Shown: piece by piece, positions 8,943-16,391 of the stretch
Layout of the letters: each line of letters begins with the position of its first letter
Numbering within the stretch: the stretch's first letter is position 1
Notes under the pieces: generated by a model
The model's database searches: none
The model's input: only the letters and a program-made list of their open reading frames with translations
Told to the model about the DNA's origin: nothing
Made by a program: the position numbers and the translations under genes
NCBI GenBank assembly: GCA_965223855.1
Contig: CBDCXM010000008.1
Span: 608,001 to 672,000, forward strand
Origin: Candidatus Multivoradales bacterium
GTDB taxonomy: Bacteria > Acidobacteriota > Thermoanaerobaculia > Multivoradales > JAHEKO01
Length of the DNA stretch: 64,000 bases
Direction of reading: 5' to 3'

Positions 8943-10126
8943 TCGTCGATGTAGCCCATGCGGGTGCGCACCTTCGCCACCCCGCGCACCCGGACATCCA
9001 CTTCGCGCCAGCTTCCGTCGCGCTTCGCATTGCTCGGGTAGTAGCCGAGCACGTACTGGTTGCGCAGCTCTTCGAGAATCTCCGCGAAGGCGTCGGGAAG
9101 CTCGTCGGGGTCATCGAGCTCTTCGATCCGTCCGCCGCTCTCGTTGACGGCACGACGCAGCCGCCGGTACTCCTCCTGGTTCTCCTCGTAACCTCTCCAG
9201 GCGGAGTTGAACTCCGGGGGGCCCGACTGCCCATCGTGGCGCAGGTAGATCCAGTAGACGACCGCCTGACTCCGCTGCGCCTTCCAGAGCACATCTTCCA
9301 TGTCGAGCAGGCTGTGCACGTCCGAGCCGTCGGTGAAGAGCACCACCACGCGGCGTCCCTGCCGGCCGTCGAGGAGCTTGAGGCTGGCGTAGAGGTAGTC
9401 GTTGATCGCCGTACCGCCGGTGGGCTCGACCGATGAGAGCGCCGATTCGAGGATCGCCGGGTCCTTCGTGAAGGGGGTCGAGCCGAGCATGCGATCGGAG
9501 AAGAGCAGCAGCTTCGCCTCGTCGAGTTCACTCATCCCCTCGAGAAAGATGCGCGCCCCCGACAGGGCGGAGTCGAATCGCTCCCCCTCCATGCTGGCGC
9601 TGCAATCGAGCAGCAGGACGGCCGTCATCGGCACGTTCTCCGCCTCGAAGGTCACGATGTTCTGTCGCTCCCCTCCGTCGAAGATGCGGAAAGCATCTCG
9701 ATCGAGCCCGGACACCCTCTCGCCCTCCGCCGTCACATTGACGTAGAGCTGGCGCAGCTCGATCTCGAGCGAGTCATCGACCGAGAAGGTGCCTGTCATG
9801 CGGCTCGCCTCGACTCGGACGCCCCCCTCGAGACGGGCTACCACCCGCAGGGTGTGCTCCACGTTGTCGTAACCGACGTCGGCCACCACTTCCCAGGGAG
9901 CCTCGGTATCGACACCGACGCTTCGACCGTCGACGAAAAACTCGACCGCCAGGACCGGCAGCTCGCTCTCGACGTGGGCGGCGATCTCGACCGGCCCGTA
10001 GACCGCCACGCCCGCATCCGGGCTCAGGAACCAGGCGAGATCCTCGGCCGCGACCGGGCCGGTGAGCCCAACCGCTACGGAAGCTACGGCGATCGCCAGC
10101 GCCACCAGAGAGGTTCGAAAGGTCAT
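8939..10126 (-). CDS. Secreted Ig-like + VWA domain protein (Acidobacterial VWFA type)
   Basis: Start re-assigned to ATG 10126 (signal peptide; ATGA overlap with the TPR gene). MIDAS DCSAS, FTDG and LRNQYVLGYYP motifs. Confidence 0.85.
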   Translation of the reverse strand: MTFRTSLVALAIAVASVAVGLTGPVAAEDLAWFLSPDAGVAVYGPVEIAAHVESELPVLAVEFFVDGRSVGVDTEAPWEVVADVGYDNVEHTLRVVARLEGGVRVEASRMTGTFSVDDSLEIELRQLYVNVTAEGERVSGLDRDAFRIFDGGERQNIVTFEAENVPMTAVLLLDCSASMEGERFDSALSGARIFLEGMSELDEAKLLLFSDRMLGSTPFTKDPAILESALSSVEPTGGTAINDYLYASLKLLDGRQGRRVVVLFTDGSDVHSLLDMEDVLWKAQRSQAVVYWIYLRHDGQSGPPEFNSAWRGYEENQEEYRRLRRAVNESGGRIEELDDPDELPDAFAEILEELRNQYVLGYYPSNAKRDGSWREVDVRVRGVAKVRTRMGYIDD

Positions 10127-11211
10127 TGTCCGGTCGCTTCGCCGCCCACGGCTGCCGTGTTCGCCATCAGCAGGACGCTCCTGCCCTTCGCCGCCGCCTC
10201 CCGCAGCCGCGAGCGGGTCTCTTCGAGCGCCTGCTGCGGCCAGCGGGTGTAGAAGTAGCGCTCCGACTCCGACTCGGCCTGCTGCGGCAGCGCGCGGAGC
10301 GCGGTCAGCGCCTCGGTCGGCCTCCTGCGGCGTTCGAGCAGGAACGACTCGAGGATCGCCTGGCGCGAACTGTCCGGGTACTCGCGAGCTGCAGTCTTCG
10401 CAATCTCGAGTCCAGCGTCCCCAGCCAGCCGCCGTGCCCGTTCCTGCAGCGCCAGGCGGCGCATCCAGTCGGGGATCTCCATCGACAGCACCAGCTCGAG
10501 CTCTTCGAGCGCCTCCGCCCTTTCCCCCATCCGGGCGGTGACGAGAGCGAGGCGCAACCTCGGCTCGGGAAGCTCGGGCGCGAGGCGTACCGACTCCCTG
10601 TAGTGGTGCTGCGCCTGCCCCAGCTCGCCCCGACGTTCGTACATCGCCGCCAGACCGAGATGGGCCGCCATCTGACCGGGATACAGATCGAGCGCCTCCG
10701 AGTAGAGCGCGGCCGACCGGCGAACGACCAGAGCCTGCTGCAGATGTCCGCCCAGACTCGCGAGCAGGTCGGACGCAAGGACCTTCGACGTTCCCTCCTG
10801 CGAGTTCTTGGCGTAGAAGTGCGCCAGCTCGGCGGCCATCGTTCGGGAGTGGGTCGCAAGCCGCATCTTGCGCTGCGAGGCGTAATAGCCGCCGGCGTCG
10901 TGGTGGAGCATCATGATCGGCACGAGCACCTCGATCGAGCTGCGGCCGATCGTCTCCCGGATGACGGCCAGCTTGGACTTCCACATCTCCTCGACGTCAC
11001 GGGTCGCCTTCTCGGGGCGCACAAGGCTCGACTCCATCGCCTCCAGCGCCTCGAGAGCCGCATCTCCCTCGCCGGCCGCCCACATCTGCAACACCTGCGG
11101 ATAGGCGCTGCGCACCTTCGCGTCGATCTGCGGTCCGGCGGCCCCCGCCGGCGCCACGAGAAGCGCCCCGGCGACGACGGCTCGGAACAGCGATGGGCGT
11201 AGACGGCTCAT
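10123..11211 (-). CDS. Secreted TPR protein
   Basis: Signal peptide; TPR motifs (AHLGLAAMYERRG, PRLRLALV). Confidence 0.8.
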   Translation of the reverse strand: MSRLRPSLFRAVVAGALLVAPAGAAGPQIDAKVRSAYPQVLQMWAAGEGDAALEALEAMESSLVRPEKATRDVEEMWKSKLAVIRETIGRSSIEVLVPIMMLHHDAGGYYASQRKMRLATHSRTMAAELAHFYAKNSQEGTSKVLASDLLASLGGHLQQALVVRRSAALYSEALDLYPGQMAAHLGLAAMYERRGELGQAQHHYRESVRLAPELPEPRLRLALVTARMGERAEALEELELVLSMEIPDWMRRLALQERARRLAGDAGLEIAKTAAREYPDSSRQAILESFLLERRRRPTEALTALRALPQQAESESERYFYTRWPQQALEETRSRLREAAAKGRSVLLMANTAAVGGEATGQ

Positions 11212-11429
11212 GGGGCGACAAGGCTAACCATGGTGCACCCTGCGCGCAAGCCGATCGGCAAAGGACGCCTTGCGGCGTGCGCAGGAAGGCCCGGTGCGGG
11301 GTACTGGAGGGCGGATGCCCGGTTGCGCCGAGCCTCTCTGGGTTCGATGTGAGCGTCAACTCGACGAAGCCCGGGGCTATTCCCGCTTCGCAGCGATCGG
11401 GCCGTTTCCGGCCGTATACTCGCTCCGCC

Positions 11430-12785
11430 ATGAAGAGCCGACTCCTCTCCGCCGTCGTTGTCGCCCTGCTCGCTTCCACCGCGTCCGCCTCCGCCGGCGG
11501 CGACTGGGTCCGCTATGTCGAGCAGACCTCGGGGCGCATCGACGCCGCGCCGACCGTCGGTATCTCCGACATCGAGGAGAAGGACCTCGCGGCGGCCGAT
11601 CTCGACAAGGACGGCGACGTCGATCTCGTGATCGTGCGCAAGGAGCCCTTCGCCGAGCCGGGTGGCAAGCGCAACGTGCTGCTGATGAACGTCGGTGGCG
11701 TGATGACCGATCTGACCGCCTCGCTGGCCCCGGACCTCCTCGACCTTACCGACGACCGCGACGTCGCCATCGTCGACGTCGATGGAGACACCTGGCTCGA
11801 CGTCATCACTTCGCCCACGTCGTACAAGAACGCCCAGCCTCACCAGCCGCGGGTCTACATGAACCTGGGAGAGTCGGCCGGTGTCTGGCAGGGCCTCGAT
11901 TTCGAGCCCGGCCGGCTGCCGACCTTCTCACCGGCACCCAACTTCTGCGCCATCTCCGTAGGTGACGTCACCGGCGACGACGCACCCGACATCTTCTTCT
12001 CGGACTACCAGAACGACCTCGAGGACCGGCTGCTGATCAATGACGGCAACGGCTTCTTCACCGACGAGACCGCCACCCGGCTCACCCCGAGCATGTCCGA
12101 ATCGGTGTTCGGCACCGACAGCGCGATCATCGACGTCGATGGCGACGACGATCGCGACATCATCAAGAACAACTCCTCCGGCAACTTTCCGCCGCCGGGT
12201 ACACAGCCCGAGGTGAGTGTCTTCTATAACGACGGTACGGGCCACTTCGACTTCGAGCAGGAGGTCTACACGGTCGCTCCCTACATGATCCAGGAGGCCG
12301 ACCTCAACAACGACGGCCGGGTAGACATCTACGTCGTCGATGACGGTCAGGACGCCTACCTGCTCAACCAGGGCAACGACGGCGCCGGCCACGTCATCTG
12401 GAGCACCCGCATCGTCACTAGTAGCCCGAAGACGGCGTTCTTCGGCGGCAACACCGCCGCCGGCGATCTCGACCAGGACGGTTTCGTCGATATCTACGTC
12501 GCCGACGTCGATACCGATATCGAGGGGTGCGACCGCGAGGCGGTGGCGCTGCGCAACCTCGGCAATGTGCCGAACGTCACGCTGACCGATCCGCTCGGTG
12601 GTGCCTCCCGCGACTGGATGCCGACCGGGGTCTACGACATCGCGATCTTCGACATCGACGGTAACGGCCTGGACGACATCTGGGCGGCGACCTGTACCGG
12701 CAACCAGGTCTTCATGGCGACTGCCGTCTTCGCCGACGGCTTCGAGAGCGGCGACACCTCCGCCTGGTCGGCGACGCTTCCCTAG
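11430..12785 (+). CDS. Secreted FG-GAP/VCBS beta-propeller with C-terminal FADGFESGD tail
   Basis: ATG 11430 with signal peptide; repeated DLDxDGDxD Ca-binding motifs; ends VFADGFESGDTSAWSATLP. Confidence 0.85.
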   Translation: MKSRLLSAVVVALLASTASASAGGDWVRYVEQTSGRIDAAPTVGISDIEEKDLAAADLDKDGDVDLVIVRKEPFAEPGGKRNVLLMNVGGVMTDLTASLAPDLLDLTDDRDVAIVDVDGDTWLDVITSPTSYKNAQPHQPRVYMNLGESAGVWQGLDFEPGRLPTFSPAPNFCAISVGDVTGDDAPDIFFSDYQNDLEDRLLINDGNGFFTDETATRLTPSMSESVFGTDSAIIDVDGDDDRDIIKNNSSGNFPPPGTQPEVSVFYNDGTGHFDFEQEVYTVAPYMIQEADLNNDGRVDIYVVDDGQDAYLLNQGNDGAGHVIWSTRIVTSSPKTAFFGGNTAAGDLDQDGFVDIYVADVDTDIEGCDREAVALRNLGNVPNVTLTDPLGGASRDWMPTGVYDIAIFDIDGNGLDDIWAATCTGNQVFMATAVFADGFESGDTSAWSATLP

Positions 12786-12966
12786 CCCGGACTTCTCACG
12801 CCGCTGCAGCCTGGTAGGCCGTATGTCACTGAATCTACTTCGTTTTCCGGTCGCTGCGCTCCTCGACGTAGCTACGGCTATGTCTCCGGTGCTCGCGACC
12901 GGAAGCCTCGCATCTTCAGCAACCTACGACCTACCAGACCACACCGGCGTGAGAAGTCCGGGCTAG
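12782..12966 (-). mobile_element. Hairpin MITE-like repeat, copy 2 (185 bp)
   Basis: Perfect 22-bp terminal inverted repeats CTAGCCCGGACTTCTCACGCCG; 5 differences from copy 3 by manual comparison; both CTAG ends contain stop codons of convergent genes. Confidence 0.9.
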
Positions 12967-13946
12967 CTTCCCCCGAGCACCCGGCGCAGCGACGCCTGAT
13001 CGATGTTGCCACCGCTGAGGTAGACGGCCACCGTTGTGCCCGAGAGGCGCTCGCCGAGGCGCCTCACCCCCGCGACGCCACACGCCCCGCCCCCCTCGAC
13101 CAGGTTGTGGGTCGTCTCGAGCAGCAGCCGGATCGCCGCGGCGATCTCGCCCTCCTCGACGGTGACGAAGTCGGCCAATCCCTCCTGCAGTCGCGGGAAG
13201 GTGCCGTAGACGTCTCCTGTGGCCAGCCCGTCGGCGAGCGTCTCGCCGACCGGTCTCGGCGTCCGTCGCCCGGCGTGCCAGGAGTCGTGGAGCGTCGGTG
13301 CGGCCGCGGCCTGGACGCCGTAGACCGGGACCGTGGGCGCGAGCGCCCCGGTGACCGTCAACGCACCCACCGCCTGAGAGCCGCCACCGGCGGAGAGGAC
13401 GAACGCCTCTACCTCCGGGGCCTCGCGCAGCACCTCCAGAGCGATGGTGGCGGCCCCGGCCAGGACCCCTTCGTGATCGGTCGAGTGCACGAAGGTCGCG
13501 CCCCTCTCATCTCGAATCTCCAGCGCCTTCTCGAGCGACTCGTCATAGGTGGCGCCGCTCACGACGAGCTCGGCTCCCAGCGCCTCCATCGCGCGATTCT
13601 TCTCCGGGTTGTTGCCATGCGGCACGCAGACGACCACCGGCACCCCGGCCCGTGCACACGCCCAGGCGAGTCCCTGGCCGTGGTTGCCGCGGGTGGCCGT
13701 GACGAGCCCTCGAGAGCGCTCGGCGGCGTCGAGGAGCGACAGGGCGACGATGCCGTTGCGGACCTTGAACGAGTTGGTCGGCTGGTGATTCTCGTGCTTG
13801 ACCAGCAAGCGGACGCCGTGCCCGACCGCTTCGTCGAGCAGCGGGTAGTTCCTCAACGGCGTCGGCGGCAGCAGCTCGCGGATCACCCGCTCCGCCGCCT
13901 CTACGGCTTCGAAGTCGAGCGCGAGAGCCGCGGCCGGATCACTCAC
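12963..13946 (-). CDS. PLP-dependent threonine/serine dehydratase family protein
   Basis: KHENHQPTNSFKVR, TRGNHG, GGGS and LSGGN motifs; no ACT domain. Confidence 0.85.
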   Translation of the reverse strand: MSDPAAALALDFEAVEAAERVIRELLPPTPLRNYPLLDEAVGHGVRLLVKHENHQPTNSFKVRNGIVALSLLDAAERSRGLVTATRGNHGQGLAWACARAGVPVVVCVPHGNNPEKNRAMEALGAELVVSGATYDESLEKALEIRDERGATFVHSTDHEGVLAGAATIALEVLREAPEVEAFVLSAGGGSQAVGALTVTGALAPTVPVYGVQAAAAPTLHDSWHAGRRTPRPVGETLADGLATGDVYGTFPRLQEGLADFVTVEEGEIAAAIRLLLETTHNLVEGGGACGVAGVRRLGERLSGTTVAVYLSGGNIDQASLRRVLGGS

Positions 13947-14859
13947 CCGCCGCCGCCTCCCTCTCGCTCACGATCGAATCGTAGAGAAAGGCGACCACGG
14001 CATCCGGCGGCAGGAACGAAGTCCACTCCTCGTCCCACGGTGCGGTCGGCTTGGCGGCGATCACCTCTTCGCGGCTCTTGCCGGCCGCGACGAGCGGGCT
14101 GATGGCGTCGTGAAGCTCCTGCATCAACGCCCTGTAGGCCACCAGGTCCGCCTTCGTCGACAGCGGTCCATGACCGGGAATGATCCGTGTCTCGTCGTCG
14201 ATCATCCCGAGCACCGCGTCGGCGTGGCGGATCATCCCGGCGAGGGTGCCTCCGGTGCCGACGTCGATGAACGGGTACATCCCGGCGAACATCGTGTCGC
14301 CGAGGTGAACGACGTTGTCCTCCACGAAGTGAACGATCGAATCGCCGTCGGTGTGGGCGCTGCCCTCGAGGTGGAGAATGCGGATCGTGCGGCCGTCGAG
14401 GTGGAAGGTCATCGACTCACGGAACGTCAGCGCCGGCTTGGCGACTTCGGGGGCCGCGTCGGTCCGCATGTCGAACGTCTCGATGTACTGCGGCGCCGAC
14501 ATCTTCTCGCGCACGTTCTCGTGGCCGACGATCCACACCCCCGCCTGACCGAGGTTCTCGTTGCCGCCGGTGTGATCGCCGTGCCAGTGCGTGTTGAGGA
14601 CGAAGTCGATCGGCCGGTCGGTCACCGCTGCGACCGCCTCGAGGATCGCCTCCGTCGCCGGCGCGTACTGGTCGTCGATCAGGAACGTCGCCGACGGGCC
14701 GACGGCGAGGCCGATGTTGCCGCCTCTGCCGGCGAGCATGTAGATCCCCTCCGCCACCTCCTCGGTCGTGATCTCCGGCGCCTCCTGGCCGAAGGCCGCC
14801 GTCGCCGGAACTGTCGCCAGAACGAGAGTCGAAACCGCTGCTGCGAAACTTCGCTTCAT
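13939..14859 (-). CDS. Secreted MBL-fold metallo-hydrolase (cyclase-like)
   Basis: Signal peptide; NTHWHGDHTGGN, AHTDGD and IIPGHG motifs. Confidence 0.85.
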   Translation of the reverse strand: MKRSFAAAVSTLVLATVPATAAFGQEAPEITTEEVAEGIYMLAGRGGNIGLAVGPSATFLIDDQYAPATEAILEAVAAVTDRPIDFVLNTHWHGDHTGGNENLGQAGVWIVGHENVREKMSAPQYIETFDMRTDAAPEVAKPALTFRESMTFHLDGRTIRILHLEGSAHTDGDSIVHFVEDNVVHLGDTMFAGMYPFIDVGTGGTLAGMIRHADAVLGMIDDETRIIPGHGPLSTKADLVAYRALMQELHDAISPLVAAGKSREEVIAAKPTAPWDEEWTSFLPPDAVVAFLYDSIVSEREAAAGE

Positions 14860-14963
14860 TGTGCACTCCTCCTGCGCCGATCATAGAGCCTGCCGTCGCC
14901 GCCTGCAGCCCACCCTCCATAAACAGCGATCAGTAAAGAGAATTTCGGCTGCGTCTGGAGCGT

Positions 14964-14992
14964 TTGACAAGCCCCGCCCGATCCTCCAACAT
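14964..14992 (+). promoter_or_regulatory. Putative sigma70-type promoter
   Basis: Perfect TTGACA at 14964-14969, 17-nt spacer, weak -10 CAACAT. Confidence 0.4.
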
Positions 14993-15116
14993 ACCCTCCA
15001 TGCGAAGAATCCACGTTCCCGACAATGTGGCAACCACCGACGGATCAGGGCGGTCCGCGGGGTTGGGCGAGGTGGGGCTCGCCATCAAGGGGTACGCCCA
15101 GAAAGGAGGTGGTCCT

Positions 15117-15161
15117 GTGGAGTTACATCAACCAGGTTTTGTGGAGGTGGCGACCCGTTAG
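15117..15161 (+). CDS. Candidate 14-aa peptide MELHQPGFVEVATR
   Basis: GTG follows the AAAGGAGGT SD by 6 nt; in frame with upstream ATG 15000 (53-aa alternative). Confidence 0.35.
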   Translation: MELHQPGFVEVATR

Positions 15162-15238
15162 CGGGTACCTCCAACGCCTCCGTGGTTCTGGAGCCCCGTG
15201 ATTCGCGGGAAACCCCTCGCCACCGAGACAAACCAAGG

Positions 15239-15270
15239 AAGCCCCGGCCGGAAACGGCCGGGGCTTTTCT
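15239..15270 (+). terminator. Intrinsic terminator
   Basis: AAGCCCCGGCCG-GAAA-CGGCCGGGGCTT followed by TTCT; GNRA loop. Confidence 0.85.
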
Positions 15271-15279
15271 CGTTCCGGG

Positions 15280-15732
15280 CTAACGGTCCAGGAGAGACCG
15301 GATCTCGACCGGACCCTGGACGACGGCATGATCGTAGGCCGTCAGGCCGTCGTGATCGCGAAGCCCCAGACTCGTGCCGTGGTCGAGCAGCAGGCCGATC
15401 GTCCGCACGAAGATCGGATGCACCCGCTCCGCTTCCAGTTCCCCGCACGCGATCACAGCGTGCATGAGGGCGGTCATGCCCGAATCGTCCTGAGCGTCGG
15501 GATCGGCACCGGCAGCCAGCAGGTCTGCAACGACGAGAGCCTGCCCCCAGAAGCTCGCGGCCATGAGGGCAGTCGTTCCGTCCTCGTCACAGGAATCGAC
15601 ACTCGCGCCTTCCGCAAGGAGCCGCCTCACGACCTTCCTGTCGCCAGACGATGCCGCATCGCACAGCTGCGAGCCGGAGGTGAACTGAGGAGTCGGAACC
15701 TCGACCGAGCGGAGACGCCGCTGAGCGGGCAT
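15280..15732 (-). CDS. Ankyrin-repeat protein
   Basis: DEDGTTALMAA, DDSGMTALMHA and DHDGLTAYDHA ankyrin motifs. Confidence 0.85.
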   Translation of the reverse strand: MPAQRRLRSVEVPTPQFTSGSQLCDAASSGDRKVVRRLLAEGASVDSCDEDGTTALMAASFWGQALVVADLLAAGADPDAQDDSGMTALMHAVIACGELEAERVHPIFVRTIGLLLDHGTSLGLRDHDGLTAYDHAVVQGPVEIRSLLDR

Positions 15733-16152
15733 CTACTCGATCCAGCGCAGAGCGCCGCCTGAGTGGCGCCGGTCGCTGCCATGCCTGCCTCGGCGTGGCC
15801 CGGCGGGCCGGCGATCGTTCGGGCGTTGTGGAAGGGAGTTCCAGGTGTCGTCCCAGTCACCCTCGTCGGGAGATTCCCACTCGTCCTCGTCGCTGTCCCA
15901 GTCGTCCTCGTCCGAGTCACCTTCCGAGTCCTCGTCAGGGTCGTCCATCGGATCGTCGTCCCAGTCCTCGTCCTCGAACTCGGACTCGGACTCGGACTCG
16001 GACTCGGACTCGAGAACACTCGACTCTCCGATCGCCGGAGCACGGCCGCGAACGGCGATACCGGGCCAACCGATGCCGGGAAATCCGAAGGCCTCTTCCG
16101 CCTCTCCGGCACCGGTGCAGGTCGGTCGATCGACAACAAGCTTCATCACCAT
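15733..16152 (-). CDS. Small highly acidic, low-complexity protein
   Basis: AAGGAGG RBS 6 nt before ATG 16152; D/E/W-rich tract then Arg-rich tail; its stop abuts the ankyrin start. Confidence 0.6.
   Translation of the reverse strand: MVMKLVVDRPTCTGAGEAEEAFGFPGIGWPGIAVRGRAPAIGESSVLESESESESESEFEDEDWDDDPMDDPDEDSEGDSDEDDWDSDEDEWESPDEGDWDDTWNSLPQRPNDRRPAGPRRGRHGSDRRHSGGALRWIE
15979..16012. repeat. (CTCGGA)5 hexamer tandem repeat encoding SE repeats
   Basis: Five perfect copies plus a partial copy, read directly. Confidence 0.9.
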
Positions 16153-16391
16153 CCGAGGCCTCCTTGTGCCTGGGGACGAAAGACCCGTTGAGGCGCTCAA
16201 CGCGTCTGTCTGAAACGCTGTCGCTGACGAGACGCTATGCCCCCATTCTCGGCCCTGTCAAGCGCTTCCTGGACAGCGGAATCCGGGGGCGAGCGGCCGC
16301 AAAACAAGGTGCAGGAGGCGGGTCGAGACCGCCACTCGCCGGAGAAGAGCGCTCAGGGGTTCCCGACGGAGCCGACCGCCAGCCTGCCGGT

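Larger units (their letters stand above)
15000..15270 (+). ncRNA. Candidate structured small RNA / small-peptide mRNA with extended anti-16S sequence
   Basis: Lies between a promoter-like site and an intrinsic terminator; multiple hairpins; AGAAAGGAGGTGGTCC at 15100-15115. Confidence 0.5.

Noticed and set aside
11229-11290. Possible three-way-junction RNA in the divergent intergenic region
   Set aside because: Short GC-rich stems are expected by chance; no recognisable riboswitch motif and no second copy.
12598-12966. Near-identical peptides (MSLNLLRFPVAALLDVATAM...) in three ORFs
   Set aside because: They are translations of the repeat element; no RBS, and conservation is explained at the DNA level.
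15100-15115. 16S rRNA gene fragment on the minus strand
   Set aside because: Similarity is limited to the terminal 16 nt; adjacent sequence does not continue as 16S helix 45.
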